Source: Lobosporangium transversale | Lineage: Eukaryota | Reading direction: 5' to 3' | NCBI RefSeq assembly: GCF_002105155.1 | Contig: NW_019029003.1 | Coordinates: 124,001 to 188,000 of the forward strand | Length of the DNA: 64,000 bases | Shown here: piece after piece, positions 21,596-36,637 of the stretch | Position numbering within the stretch: position 1 is the stretch's first letter | Layout of the letters: every line of letters begins with the position of its first letter | Translations under genes and position numbers: made by a program | Notes under the pieces: generated by a model | Databases searched by the model: none | What the model saw: the letters and a program-made list of their open reading frames with translations, nothing else | What the model was told of the DNA's origin: nothing

Positions 21596-24185
21596 AGTGT
21601 CGGTGCCAGATGCCCCTCCTGAGTATAGCGCCTCTTCCTATACAAAAAAGGGCCATACAGAGCCTCCAATGCCTTTTGGCATCAGTTTCGCGGAAGAGGA
21701 GATTGTGGTGGCAGATCAGGAGCCAGGGGCAACAGAGCTTGGTACTTCCACAGAAACCCTTGACTCAAATTATTTAGGGAAGCCAGTCGGATATCCGCCT
21801 GCTGTAGATGATCAGGAGGTGCCATCAACGCCACTGCTCCGACGACCACGGCCTTATGCGATAACGCCAGGAGAGAATACAGTAAGGATGGCTGTAGCTC
21901 CAGAAAGGTTTCAGTATGCTTCCCATGCCCACACCGATGCACCGCAGCATTCAGAAGTTCAACACCTAGATCACCCTACACCATATCCGCCAATGCCGGC
22001 ACCGATGGTAGGACAAGGATTAGACCCAGTTCATATGCCTATGCCTCGACCCTATATTCCTGACTACAACCAACACGAGTATGGTTCAGACCAGGGTCAT
22101 AGCCAGAGTGCAGGTCAGGCGCGCGAGTTACCTCGAAGCATGCCAAAGCCAGAGCTCTATCCGCCACAGATTATCACTGACCAGGAGCTGAATGACCGAT
22201 TACGCCTCGAGCAACTTAAGAAGGAGAATGAAGAGATGGGGCGCGAGCTTCTCCGCGGACAGGAGCGGAATCGACGACATACCATGATAATTCAAAATTT
22301 GGAATTGCAGGGCCAAGGGTACTCGCAGTTCTCTTCACTAGGCCCTCCTCTGGCAACCCATGGTAACACATCCGATGAATACCAGCATTTCCAGAGTCAG
22401 TATCCAGGCCATCCTGAGTACACAGCATACGCGCATCAACAGCAGCAACAACAACAACAACAACAGCAGCATCAGGAACAGCATCAGGAGCAGCAGAAAA
22501 TAGGCTTTATACCTCAGTTCCAACACCAACATCATCAGCAGCAGCCAGGCTTTCCACATCATCCTTCGAATCAACAATTATACCAGTCATACTGTTCTGG
22601 CTATGCTTCTGACCCTAATGCACCTTCGTTTAAAGGTTCCGTTATAAATGGTGGGCAAGATCAGCCTCTGGATCAAGCTGACTATTATACTTTTCAGTCA
22701 TATGGTGGCTATAGCAACCAAATAACGTCAGGAGCAATAGCTAACTGGCAACAGCAACCTGGATTTGTATATCAACAGCAACATCCATATCACCCAAGCC
22801 TCTCACCAGCTCAGCAGCAGCAGCAGTACGTACTCAGCCTGCAGCAACAACAACAGCAGTCTCCAACATACCAACACGACGGCTATGTAGATGGAGGGCC
22901 GCATCAAACTCATGCACATGTGGCGCATACAACGTCGTCCTATGTTAATGAAGATAACTTTGTTCCTACAATTTCTCCTTCAATTTCTCTTCCAACAACA
23001 ACAGCAGCAATAGCGGCATCGCCAATAACACCAGCGGCAACAATAGCAACGGCAACAATGCAGTTAATATCAACGATCCCTACGCCCACAAGCCATGATG
23101 AGCCCCTACCAAAGATATCAGCAAAGCTTACCCCTACAAGCCCTGACAAGCCTCTACCAAAGATACCAACAAAGTCTGCCTCCGCAAGCCTTGATGAACC
23201 TCTACGCGAAAACGATGCGAGTTCAGCAGATGTTTTGCCACAGATCAGAGCTAACCCTATCAAGGTCCCTATTCGGCGTGCTCCCCATGCTATCCTGACG
23301 GAAGAGCAATTGAAATTAGCAGCAGCAGCAGCAGCGGCCGAAGTAAATGAGGCTGAAGAGCAGACGGTGCCAGCGCAGGACCCCCCTTCCACATCCACAT
23401 CTACGTCCACTCCTGCGTTGAAAGTTGCCGCTGAAACACCTGAGCAACCGAGCGAGGATCCCGTGAAGGAGCATGAAGCACCCACTAATCATGGTGGAGA
23501 CATAGGGACCGGACCCACGAAGTGGAATCAAGAGCAGCATCATAAGGCGCAACAGGGCGCAACAGGATATAATAAAGAGGATGAAGAAGATGAAGAGGAG
23601 ACACTTCAACGCTCAGTAGGCAAAATACGCATCACTCCTCGTTCGACCCCAATTCGTACCATCCCAGCATTAATACCCAAACCAAATCAAGCCGCTAGCT
23701 CCGCTACAGCTTCTTCATTGGACTCAACGGCTACTTCAGTTCCTTCGCCTTCGCGATCACCAGCACCCACTTTATCATCTAATCAGCAATCTGTTAAAAG
23801 GATCAGCCAGGTTTTTGCACCCTTTCCTGGTCAGCGGCCCGCGCCCCGCGTAACACCCCGCCCTGCGCCGCGCCCCGCCATCGGGGGTATGGCTAAGGCT
23901 TCACAAGGCTCATTGTCAGTCGCTGATCAAACCGTCCTTGATACAACAAGCAGTAATGGTAACTCACAAACTGATAGCCAAGGATCTGATTCTCATCCTC
24001 CTGAGCCACCTAGCTCATCGCCACCAGTTCAGAATACACTGTTAGCTCGGTCACCCAGTAGCCCCACTAGCTCCTACTCGTCTGGGAGCTCACGACCAGC
24101 GGTGCCAAAGAAACCATTGGCACTTCGGAGCCCACGTAGCCCGACGACCGAACAGACGGTGGCAACAACAGTTGTAGCAGAATAG
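20152..24185 (+). CDS. Hypothetical Pro/Gln-rich coiled-coil protein with an N-myristoylation-like start (2 exons, ~1309 aa)
   Basis: Two long ORFs are joined in frame by intron 21494-21597. The protein starts MGNSPS and has a charged coiled coil, a PPEY motif and polyQ tracts. Confidence 0.85.
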
Positions 24186-24338
24186 ATGAAATAAAAGCGT
24201 GTCACATATTTTATCACGTGGAATTATTTATTTATTTGCTTGCTTTTTTTTTTTTTTTTTTTTTTTAGAAGACATTGGCTTGCTCCATTACTTTGATTCT
24301 TTTTTTTTCTCACTCTTGTTCATTGTGAATTCGGAACT

Positions 24339-24659
24339 ATGGACAGCGACGGCGAAGAAATCACGCTCACGATCAATAAGCAGTATGCGGAGAAGTATGA
24401 AACTTCCAAACGTAGCCAGGAGTTGTCCGCAAGTATGTATTTGCTTGGCTTGTAATTTTTTTCTCCTTTTCTTTTCTTTATTTATTTATTTATTTATTTT
24501 TTTTTCAATCTAACTGTGCTTGCATTTTTTTATTTTATTTTTCTTTACACTCATTCATTTTTTTCTTTCTTTTTCCTTTGTAAAATATTATTCGCTATAC
24601 TTAATCGATACTATCCTAAAATAATCCTTCTTTCCTTTTTCTTCCCTACTTTTTTTTTT

Positions 24660-24691
<32 letters not shown>

Positions 24692-26061
24692 TTATGTATA
24701 ATATCTTTTGACCAATGTGATTATTAACACGACCACCATCAACAGTCCGTGACAAGTACGGAGATTTGGAAGAAGAACGTCTCAGGTTGATTGCTGAACG
24801 CCAACATAAGTATGGCTACACCAAGAATGCAGAATATGACTATGATTCGTATGATTCTGAGGAAGACGAGGAGGAGGATGAGGATGGAGAGTTGATCACG
24901 CCCGAAGTAGATGGGCAGATTATGAAGACGATCGGATTGATCCGTGCTCAAGATCCCAAGATCTATGAGGCCACTTCTCATTTTTTTATCCCCTCAGAAA
25001 TGGAAAAGGCTCGTCAACAATGGAGAGAAAAACAGGCTTTGGAGAAGAAGACCAAGCCAATGAACTTGAAGGATTATCATCGCAAGGTCTTACTCGAGGA
25101 TGGAGGACATGTGAACGAGGAAGATGAGGTTCAAAAGCAGATTACTCAAAAGAAGACTAAAGACGAATCGGAGATGACACATGTAGAACAGCAGGAATAT
25201 TTGAAACAGGAGATGAAGAAGGCCTTCCTGGGCGATGATGATGATGACGCTGAGGATGAAGATACGGATTCATTTTTTACACAAAAGGCCAAAACCAAAG
25301 ATGAAGAAGAGGCAGAGGAGGAAGATTATAAACGGTTCTTGATCGAGAGTATGGGAAGAAATAAGTCAGGGGCTGGTGCTTTTCAGGACTGGAGAGAGTA
25401 TAAGAATGCCCCAGAGATGGACAAGGATGAGGCTTTCTTGATGGAGTAAGTATTCCTTGTTTTGTTTCTTGATATCTGTGTATAGATGTCAAGATCTTAA
25501 CCTCTAAAGCCCTGCGATTTCTAATTTTTTTTTTTTTTTTTTTTTTTCTTTCTTCTTTTTGATTATTAGTTATATCTTGAATCGTGGATGGATTGACAAG
25601 ACACAAAAAAAGACACCACACTACAAGGAAATTGTCCGAGAAGATGACCTGGATCAGTTGGAAAAGTCAGAAGATGAACTTGATGCTGCTGAGGAATTCG
25701 AATCTAAATACAATTTCCGATTTGAGGAGGCGTAAGTATTTCTTTTATTTTGTATACCTTTTTTTTTTTTTTTTCCCTTTATTAATCTCATTCTCATTGT
25801 ATATGGATTCATGTACACTTTTTAGTGAAGGAAATTCACTTATGGGCTACTCACGTACGATTGAGGACTCAGTTCGTAATAAGGATGACAAACGTAAACG
25901 TCAACGCAAGGCAGCCAAGGAACGTAAGAAGGCAGAGAAGGTCCGCCAGCTCGAGGAGCTTAAGCGCGCCAAGAATATGAAGAAGCAAGAGATCTTCAAT
26001 AAGTTGAAACAAATTCAAGAAATCACAGGCAACAAAAGTAAGCTTTTACACACACATACAC

Positions 26062-26095
<34 letters not shown>

Positions 26096-27498
26096 ACACA
26101 CATATATATGTGATTGTATGTATATTGTAATTATACTTTATCATTTTAGTGCTTCTTTGATACTTAAGTGTTTTTCTACTTTTTATTTTTTATTTTTTTA
26201 TTATTATCATTATCATAGCCGTCGGTTTTGATGAAATTGATCTGGAGACAGAATTCAACCCGGATGACTATGACCAAAAGATGGGAACTATGTTCGACGA
26301 CAAATACTATGAGGATGACGAAAATGTAAAGCCCGTCTTTGACGATGATATCGATACTGCAGAGTATGAGATGGAGGACGATGCTAATGAGAACAGCGGC
26401 AGTACTTCGGATGATGTTAATAATGACAATAATGACGATGGTCAAGCCGAAGGAGGAGAAGAGGAAGAGGAAGCCTATCCACCAGTATATGACGGAGAAG
26501 AAGAAGGAGAGGGATACGATGGCTATGAGGAGGAAAATTACTATGACGGTAACGATGGCTCTGGTGGATATGGCGATGAGGAGGATATTATAATGGATGC
26601 AGACTATCTTCCTGGGGGCGAGAACTATGGTAAAGCCACATCGAAGAAGAAGGAGACGAAGAAGGAGCGTGCTCAGCGTGAGAAGGAAGAGAAGAGACTG
26701 GCTAAGCAGGCAAAGGCAAACGGAGCCAAGGATCCGACGTCGATCAAAACTGCAGTGGCGGCGATCGAAGCTGCCAAGAGCATATTGGATGTAGAGAAAG
26801 AAAAGAAGGATTTCAACAAGTATCTGGAAGAGTATTATCAATTGGATTATGAGGACATGGTGGGTGATCTGCCGACAAGGTTCAAATACCATAAGGTCAA
26901 GCCTGCAAATTTCGGACTCACACCAGTCGAGATATTGTTAGCAGATGATAAGGATTTGAATGAGTTTGTCTCGCTCAAGAAGTTTGCGCCTTACAGACGG
27001 CCGGATCAACAGGAAGCAGATGTTCAAAAGTATTCAAAGAAGAATAGGGTTCAGATGTTTAGACATAAACTCAAGTCGCAGCTCAAAGATCAGGAGTTGG
27101 ATAAGACTTGGGATCCTGTCAAGAGGCGTAAGAAAGAACAAGAGAAGCGAGAGCGCGAGGAAAAGGAAAAGGAAAAGGAAAAGGAAAAGGAAAAGGAGCA
27201 GAAGACGACTTCCAAGGGAAAAGACTTGACTACTGATAATAACAACAGCAAAGATGGCAACAGTAGCAAGAAAGAAAGTAAGAAAAAGGATAAAGATAAC
27301 AAGCGCAAGGCTGGAGAGGAAGGACGAAAGGAGGATGAAGGGGAGAACGGCGACTCGTCACGAAAAAAGCATAAGACGGAAGGCATCAAAGTTAATGGCG
27401 ATAGCAGTGGGGATGTTGGTAATAAGGAGAAGAAAGAGAAGAAGGAAAAGAAGGACAAGAAAGAGAAGAAAGACAAAAAAGAGAAGAGCAAGCACTAG
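24339..27498 (+). CDS. KRI1: KRI1 homolog, 40S ribosome biogenesis factor (5 exons, ~815 aa)
   Basis: Exons 24339-24432, 24746-25445, 25570-25731, 25826-26037 and 26219-27498. Motifs are LTINKQYAEKY, FLMDYILNRGW, FESKYNFRFEE and the Kri1_C region LEEYYQLDYEDMVGDLPTRFKY...FGLTPVEILLADDKDLNEFVSLKKFAPYR, followed by a KKE-rich tail. Confidence 0.95.
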
Positions 27499-27744
27499 GA
27501 AGTAATCAAGAAGGGTGATAGAAACAAAAACCAAAAACCAAAAAAAAAAAAAAAAAAAAAAAAAACTGCATCTTCCCATTTCATTTCCATTGTACCATAA
27601 TAATGCATAGAAATTAAAAAAATAATAGAGTAAATAAATATAAAAAAAATAAAAATAAAAATAAAAACAACGAAATGCAGTTTGCATCTTTTATTACACG
27701 TTTTTGTACAAAGGTATACATAAAGCATCTTGACGCACTGTTTT

Positions 27745-30365
27745 TCAAACTTCCTCATCATCAGATGAATATTGTGAGACAGCAGTCTTGTATGAAGCCT
27801 CGGTACGCACTGTGCCGATCGACGCATTACGATTCAAAAAGTTGTTGCTGCGTTCATACATATTATCGAGGTTGTGCGGATCGTTTGAGGGAGAGTTGGG
27901 GTCGCGATTTAACCAGTCCATGTCCAGATACTCCATCTTGACTCCACCAGAATGAATGGAGGTCTGGCGACTTAGATCACCACCAACAGATCCAGAGCCC
28001 AACTGAACGGAAGGCGAATGCAGCGGCGATTGTGCCAGGGGGCGACTAGAGAATGAGTTTTGTTTTGACATAGATACTCGGGGTTGAGATGATCCAGAAA
28101 AGGTACGCATCAGTGGAGATTCAGATGAGTATGGCTTCTCTGCTGTAGTCAAAGAGGTTTCCTTGACAGAGTTGGTCACAGGAGCTGAGACTCCCTTTAC
28201 TTCAGGGCTAGATATGGGTGATTGATGACTAGGGCCATGGTCGGTACTGGCGCCAGAAGTAGCAGCAGAGGTACTAGCAGTATTGGCAGCAGGAAGAGCA
28301 AGCATTGACTGTCGTGGTGTTCGATCTTCATCAAGATCCTGTTGTTGTTTCCGGTGATTGTTCTGAAGTTCAGAGTCTGTTTCCATGTCCGAGCCCTCAG
28401 CCACGGGTTCTAGCATATCGTACCGTTCCATAGACTGGGCATCTAAAGATAGTCGCTTTCCCTCACCTGTAGTTGTAGCACCAGTACTATAGCCATAGCC
28501 ATAACCATGGTTATGGTTATCGCCTTGGTGTTGTTGTTGCTTTAGCATCGACATCCGTCCTGAAAACGTCGAAGCCGTATCTCCTTCACTCATAATAGAA
28601 TCTGAATCATGCTCATGGTCACTGTGGAGACGTACCGATCGATCCGAAAACATGCGGCCCAAGATCTCGTGCATCCTTCCAGCACTAGCCGCCACCTGTG
28701 CCGTTGTTGGGCTCTCCTGGCTCTCCGTAGGACTTGAAGGAGCACCACCACTGCCGCTACCACTAGCAGTAGTACTCTGTTCATTTCCAGGTTTATTGTT
28801 ATTACCAGCACTACCGCTTAAAATACTGCTTCCAGCCAATGAACGGGCCTTGACAGGCGAAGGCGAAAACTCTTCATCTTGCGGCGTTGCTTGTACCTGA
28901 CCCCGAGCTTGTACTGATTGAGCTTGAATAGATGGAAGAAGCAAAGATGGTGCATCCATCGTCACAGTCTCTCCAGCGAGACCTGCTGATCCTAATCCTG
29001 TCCTTGCGGTTGTGACTGGGACTGAAGCTGTAGCTGAAGCCGGCACCGCCGCTGGGGCAGATGATGATACTGATGACGATACAGCTAGTACCCTGTCGCG
29101 CTCCTCGGATTTCTCGTCCTTCAGCGACTCCGCAATCGATTCGACATATTGCCCAGCCTCCTTGTGATACTGAACAGCCTTCTCAGGCCCCTTTGAAACT
29201 CTTAGGATTCCACCACCCTGGAGCAACAGAGGCGCGTCAATCGTAAGCGCTTCTGCAATGTTGTTTGTACTCTCAGCAGAATGGCGTGAGGGATAGAACT
29301 GACTAGCTGCGCTGCTCCCAGGTACTGGGGTCAGTATGGTGTTGCCTCCCGCAGCGTAAGAAGTCCTCCTTGAGCCTCGATCTGAGCCACCATGCTCTGA
29401 TGTGGCACCAATTGAATTTCGGTCACCCGCAAGATTTGATCCTCCAAGCCCCGAACTCACGCCTCTAGGTCTTGGATAGTTTAGTGTCTTGACAGATTCT
29501 GCAGTGCCTGATCCGTTTCTCTTTAGCCTTGCATTCGCTGTGATAGTTGCAGAGACAGTGGGCGAGCCAGATGCTTGATAGTTAGAATAACCACCGCCGG
29601 CGCCCACAGCTCCAGAGACAGTCGAGACTAAGCTTCCCGTCCTGGAGATCATGGCGGATGGATTCGCCACAAACAGATTCCGGCCTGTCTCATAGCCGCG
29701 GCCGTTCGCCCTAATGACCTGATAAATCCCCAACGGATTCAGTTCCCGAACCTGATCGCCTCCTGCTTGAGAACCAGTCTCATCCAATACAGAGCCGCCA
29801 CCGAAGCCAGTCGAAGACGGCTCCCCGGATACATGGTTTGGACGAGGCGGCCGCATGACTTCAAAAGCTTTGGGCTTTGAACCATCTGCAGACTTGGGTG
29901 CATTCCTTGATTGTCTTCCGAACCTGAACATTGCTCCCAAAGAGGAAGCAAATCCTGAAAACAAGCTCTTCTTGGGCACGTTATGTGACGCTTCGTTAAC
30001 CGCCGTGTTCTCTTGTCCTCCTTCCTTGCGTGGGTCGTAAAGATAAGGCCCATCACGCATGATATCGGACATTCTCCTGGTCCTAGGGTCCTGCTGTTGA
30101 TGAGACATTCTTTGGAAATTGGCATATGATTCTCTCTGAGGCAAGTGTCCACGGACACCTACAGGAGATGGTGATCGTCGGTTGCTACTGCCGAGTTTCG
30201 TCGATCCGGTAGCATCACTAGAGAGACCTTGGGAATGTGGACGAGAGGGTGGCGAGTTTGAGGGTCGAGAGCCTGATCCAACAGGTCCTGTCAGAGGAGT
30301 AAGGCTGCTGAGATGGGTTTCCAGCATGAGATCGTCCGCTGCCGAGCCACCATCTTCAGATCCTG

Positions 30366-30412
<47 letters not shown>

Positions 30413-33400
30413 GGCCCAAACCGAGACTGATGATGGTCCATCAGTCTTGACTGTCGATACCTTTCAGCAGGAGATCCATATCTCAATGTATCGTCATCAG
30501 AGTCATCAGGATGAAGCATCTGGTGCTGTGCAAGGCTGGTGGGGGGTGCATGTAACACATGCTGCATAGTTAGTCGTTGTGCTCTGCTACCAACATGGTT
30601 ATTGCTGCCTAAAGATGGATATGACAGGACTGTGAACCTTTTGTTTTTAGGATCCTGAACATCATGTCGATGACTGACAAGACCATTGCCAATACCTTCT
30701 CCTGCGCCTCCTCTCGTGAGTGGCCGTCCTGAGGCAAGTCCCCATGTTTGTTCAGGATCCTCGATGGGGTCATCAAAACTATAGGTCTTTGTAGGCCCTT
30801 TCCATGCTCCTGAACGCCGGATTTTGGAGAACATACAGACTTGAATTATATTCCAGAGCACGAGCGCAAACATGACAATAAATACTGCCAAATGTAGTGC
30901 CATTTGAATGTATGCAACCAACTGTCGTAGATCTGGGGATGCTTCCAAGTCATGAATATAAGCGATGGAGCAACCAGTGATGACGATCCGGATGATGCCC
31001 AAGAAGAGATGGAATTTGTTGTCACCAGATTGTGCATGGGGCCATTTAATGCCGATCATTAGTACATATCCAAGCTCGACGACCATTAGCACGACTACTT
31101 GCGCAACCCCGAATGATGAGAGCATTGTAATCGCCAACCCCCACAAGAACCGGACAAGCAAGGTGACTAAAAAGAAAAGGGTACCTTCCTGGACTAGAGT
31201 GTTGTAAAGGGTACCGTATTTAAGTAAAGTTGCTTGGTCGTCATAGAGAAGAAGTTCTGATGAGGCACGAAGGATCCTCCAAGCGAAGAATATAGTCAGG
31301 GCTACTGAAACAATAAGCAAACTAGCTGCTGATGAAATAGTTAACCCTACATTTCCAGATATTGTCAGCTGATACATTGCAGAGAGTGCTAATGGGGTAT
31401 AGAGCAATGACCAAACGCGGAGTAGGTTGCCTAGGGGATAGAATACAGAAATAAAGAAATATAGAATAGAGATAAATATATATATTAGGGTATTGCATAA
31501 CATTGCATGCATGCATGCACGGACACTTCAATTAAATGAGATTATCAATTCTTTTTTTTTTTTTTTTTTTTTTTTTCTTACCTACTACAAAGTTGAGAGC
31601 ATGATAAAGTGTCTTGCCACGCTGATGGTTTTCTTTGGCCATAATCCATGCTACACCTAAGAGTGCTGCTGAGATCAAGAGCGAACCTGCAGCTGCTAAT
31701 GCAGCATTGATGATTGTTCCGAGGAAGAGAGATGAGGGAAAGGCTCCAATGGCTGCTGCGTAGGCCTCCATACCGAATCTCGAGATGTTGTATTGAACAG
31801 AGACCCAAGTCTGGTTTGTAAATGCGTCTGTGATCGTTGGGATGACCAGCGATGCTGTTGAAGTCGAGGACGCGGGTGGACGGACTGGTGCCGTTCGCGA
31901 TGCTGGAGGTGTTGGTTTTGGCCCGCTTCCTTTTGAAGTCTGTTTAGTGCGAGAGGATGATGAGGAGCTTGTCGAGTCGGATGAGCTGGAGGAGGAGGAG
32001 GAGGAGGAGGAGGAAGAGATGGTTGAGCTGGTAGAGGTTGATGAAGTGCTTGATGATGGCTCTGGAGATGACTCAACATCTGTTGGAGAATCCATAGCTT
32101 TCTGCCGTTTCACCCTTGGTAGAGATTGAGTTGTTACTGGGAAGGCGGTTGGTTCAGGCGCAGGTGTTGCAACTATTGATGGCAAATAAATAGCTGATGT
32201 TACTCTTAATGCTGTTGGTCGAAGGATTGAAGCTGCTGCCTGTGTTGTCCCAATAGCCGGCAGGACTCCATTCAAATCAAATGACCGCTCTTCATCTCCT
32301 CCTTGTTGTAGTGGGTACAACTGACGCCTCTTTCGGAAAAGGTTTTTGCTGTTGATAGTATCGGTGCTGGTGGCGCTCAAGGTAAAGGTTTCGTTATTAT
32401 TGGTGTTTGTGCCGTTCCATCCAGGAGATTGTGATCCCTTGATGAGGTTGACGGATCCGGATCCTCCGTACTTCAGCACATCTGTTGCATTTGCTGGACC
32501 CTTTCCGGTTAATGTATCGGCGAATTCTAGAAAAGACCAATGAAAAAGGGATGTGAAAGTTGAATAGAAGGATGGGTAGTTGACTGAGAGTTGTCCTGTC
32601 ATCAACATGAACTGTGTATAGAAGATTATATCAAAGAATCCAGGAGTATGGACTGAGATGATTTCGGTAGGAAGACCATAAGAGGCCACGGCGCCCAAGA
32701 AGCCGTTCCCGACAGATGCTCTCATGATGGTCGCGGTTAGACTGATGGCTCCGGAGAGCACTGCAAGTGCCAAGGGTAAATAGCTTATGGCAGTGCTGAC
32801 CTCGGGCATCGTCTGTTCCAATAGTACTGCTACACATGCAATCGACTGGTTGTTACTGCCAATGATTTGAAGCGTTATCATCAGTTCTGCAAATGGAGCG
32901 GACTGAGAAATGTTGAAGCTCTACAATAAAAAATAAAATTCGTAGGGTACCGTGTCAAGTGATATTCGTGATATCATGGTCAACACTCAAACAAACAAAC
33001 AGCAACAACAACGACAAAAAAAAAAATAAAAAAAAAATAAAAAACTAGCCATACCGTTTGGATTGTGCCTTTGCCTGCAGCTGTTGGGCAACCTCCGATG
33101 ATCATGCCTCCATCAGCCATACATGCTGGACCTTCGCTTCTGTAAAGCTGAGTCCCCATGATGGTGGTTTGAATTGATGTTCTCCCTATCAGTCCAAAAG
33201 ACGCGTTGTTTTAGTTTGAATTTTTTATTAGAATCGGTCGGTCAAAGACGTTGAAGATGAATATAAATGATATAACAAGAGTATAGTAGTGAAAAGGGAA
33301 ACTTTAAAAAGTGCCTGCATGTTTTACTACACCAGAAAAAAAAAGGGGGGGGGAAGGGAGAGAAAGGGAAAGGGCGCTCCCCCTTTTTTTTTCTTCATCA

Positions 33401-34454
33401 ACGCTTGTGGTGTAAGGAAAATGCAAGAAGCGTAGCAGTGTTTGGTGGTACAATGATGCTCCTCCACAATAATATTAAAAAGATCATTGGCAAAGAGGTA
33501 ACGATTCAAATATCGAAGGAAACAACAAGTGGGTGTGGAGCGCCCAAAGCATTTTTGGACAGAGGAAATAAAAAAAAGAAAATAACGCCGCCTTTTCATA
33601 TTCATATTCCTCTGAATGATTTTTTTTTTTTTTTTTTTTTTTTTTGGCATGTTTGTGTTTTGATATGCAGGATACGGAACTATCGCTCGTAAGCAAATTG
33701 CAAGACCTTGCATGTCGCAAACAATTTTTTTCACTCCCTTTTCCAATTTTGCCACTTCTTTTTTCTTTCGTTCTTTTTTTTTTTGATCGAGAAATCGCTA
33801 TTTCTGAAAGTATTTCTATAAATAATGTCTACTGTCTAATACCGGAAGAAATCCATTTGGACACACAAAAAAAAAAAAAAAAAAAAAAAGGCGCAAATGA
33901 TCAAACGCTTTAACCAATTATTCATTCATTCCTTAGGATAATATCCCTCCCCCTCCCTTTGCAACCACTTCCAAATAAAACAACAATAATTGTTTGGCAT
34001 GTCTGTTAGTTTTTCTACCATTAGGTAGATATATTAAAAAGAAAGAAAAGGGAAGAAGGAAAAAAAATAAAATAAAATAAAATAAAAAAAAATAAAAAAT
34101 AAAAATGTGAATGTGAACATGAATATGAGCGCGTCATCGGTTGAGGGAAACCTTACATTGACTTGTTGCTTCTACTGAATAACCTTGAGCCCAATACGTG
34201 TCAGTGAATTGTCCTTCGAGCAAGAGACCGATCGAATTGTTGGTGTGGTCATAATGGGCTCTAGCCCTTTGGAGGGCAAAGATTGGGTTTGCGCCCGAGC
34301 AATCGACATAGGGCCATGCCTCGGTTGTTGGACAAAGCAGTAGTAGGTTGCAGAGGATGAGGACGAATAAAGAGGAAAGGAATCGAAAGAGTTGAAATCG
34401 AGGTTGACATGGACGGAATCGTAAGCCATTGAGGCTTCGTATTGACTCTGACAT
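27745..34454 (-). CDS. TRP-like/FLC (flavin carrier, Pkd2-like) multi-pass membrane protein with an N-terminal ML-like domain (4 exons, ~1817 aa)
   Basis: Exons 34157-34454, 33055-33185, 31582-32920 and 27745-31430. It has a signal peptide, a Cys-containing TRP_N-like region (...GGCPT...SIACVAV), DIIFYTQFMLMTGQLSVNYPSFYSTFTSLFHWS and LLKYGTLYNT, several TM helices and a long disordered C-terminal tail. Confidence 0.9.
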
Positions 34455-35030
34455 GGAATTATGTGTGATTACTGCGAGTGGAATGTGTGGCAACGGCAAG
34501 GGCAAAGAGAACTGTTGGAGACAAATGAGGGCTGTGATTGGGGGTTGTGGCGTAACGATCCTCAAATCGAAAGAGTTGAGAATTTAAAAGGATACAGGAT
34601 GGAAAAGAGTGAGGATGGAAGAGGATGAGGAGGAAAGAGTTCTATGTTGGTGGAAAGAGCAATGTGGATTTATCTGTTGCGAGAACTAGAAAGATATATA
34701 TATATATATATATAAAAGAAAAGAAAAGAAAAGAAGAGAAAAAAGAGCGCGAGTAAGTTGTGGCGGAGAGTGAGAGAGGAATTTGAGAGAGTGCAAGTGT
34801 AAGTTAAGTGCGAGTGTGAGTGTGAGTGTGAGTGAGGTGTGAGAAAGTGAGAATAAGGTACGCACACACAAAAAAAAAAAAAAAAAAAAAAAGATATTAA
34901 TACAAAAATATCATAAAATAAAAAAAAGGTGCTTGTTGATGGTTGATGAATGAGGATTAAATGATTTTGTTGAATGAAACAATTACATGTGAAGTAGGAA
35001 TGATCAAGGAATGAATGTCAAGAGAGCAAT

Positions 35031-35066
<36 letters not shown>

Positions 35067-36637
35067 AAGGAGAGATTGAACTGAGGCTAATGATAATTAA
35101 GTGTAAATGTGTAAATTGCAAATTATGCATTAAAAGGAACGAGGCAGGACAGGATTACCATTGAGTTGGTGCAAGGACATGTTAGATGTTACATGTAGAA
35201 ATTGCTGGCATGTTGGCTTGGCATATTTCCTTTGTGTCCAAAAAGGAAACAGTGTGTTGATATATACCATTTTGTGTGGCAAAGGAAGAAAGCAGTGCTA
35301 AGGCGTTGACTAATAATAAAAGTAAAACACTGCCACCATCAACACGGACACACAGGCAGATACAATGCCGAAACTACATTCTGTTCATCTGCTTCAGGGC
35401 TTTCCAATCAAGGATTGAATAACAATGATAATATATAGATAATAATGACTATAGTAATAATAATAGTATATAATAGTAATAATAATATTCAGTGTTTATG
35501 TGAGAGAGCAAGCCAATCTGAACTTTGGTCCAGACACTAAAAAAAAAAAGAAAGAAAGATGCATGATTAACATACGAAACCAGGCCATGTCAAAAACAGA
35601 TCAACTCTGTAGACAAGAATAGCCTTGGACAAAAAAAAAAAAAAAAAAAAAAAAAAATTTATTTTAATGCGCTCCAACGGCTGATAACGGCTATAAAAGA
35701 GAAGCAGGGAGGAAGAGAGGGAGATACACTGAAATAAAATCTTTTATTTCCTACAGATAGTTTAGAGAAGACGAACAGATAAATAAAAGCTCAATTGGTT
35801 GCTCATGCTTGTCAGAATGGTTGGAAGGAAGGATGGAAAAGAGAAAGGGGGTGTAAAGAGTTGTTGCAAGGAATGTTGGTGCTTTTTTATTTTTTGTAAT
35901 AAACAAAAAAGAGGGTTGCTCTTTTTCTACGTTTTAAAAAAGAAAAGTGCTCTCGCTTAGGAAGAGAGTCGTGATCATTTTTAGTGCTGTACAGAATGAA
36001 TACATCCGTACAACCGTTATACGTGATTATCGTACAAAAAAAAAAAAGATTTTCTCATTTCCCAAATAAAATTTGTTCAAATACCAAACATCTGCCATCT
36101 TTCATTGGCCATTACAGAAAAAGCTTTTCTCTCTCTCGTTTGCTCTTCTTCTCATTCATTCATCCTTTTATTCATTCATTCATTCATTCTTTCCTTCATT
36201 CTTTCATTCTTTCCTCCTTCTTTCTTTTCTCTTCTTCCTTTTCTTCTTCTTCTTCTTCTTCTTCTTCATCTCCTTCTCCTCCTTCCTCTCCTTTTCCTTT
36301 TCCTTTTCCTTTTCCTTTTCCTTTCCTTCTTCATCCGTTCTTTAAACTCTCTTATTCACAGCAACAGCAACAGCAACAGCAACAATAACCAATAACCAAA
36401 AATTATTAAAAAGAAAAAAAAAAAAAAATTGTCCATTTCCATATTTATTTTAATTATAATTGGCATCCCCTTTTTCTTTTTCTTTTTCTTTTCCTTACTT
36501 TTTAAACCCTGTCCTAAAAAAACCTGCCAATTTTCTTTCTTTACTTTCTCATCCTCACTTCTCACGCACTTTCTTCTCTCATTCACTTCCATATCATACA
36601 TCTACCAAATATTTCCCACAAAACACATTCATTCATC

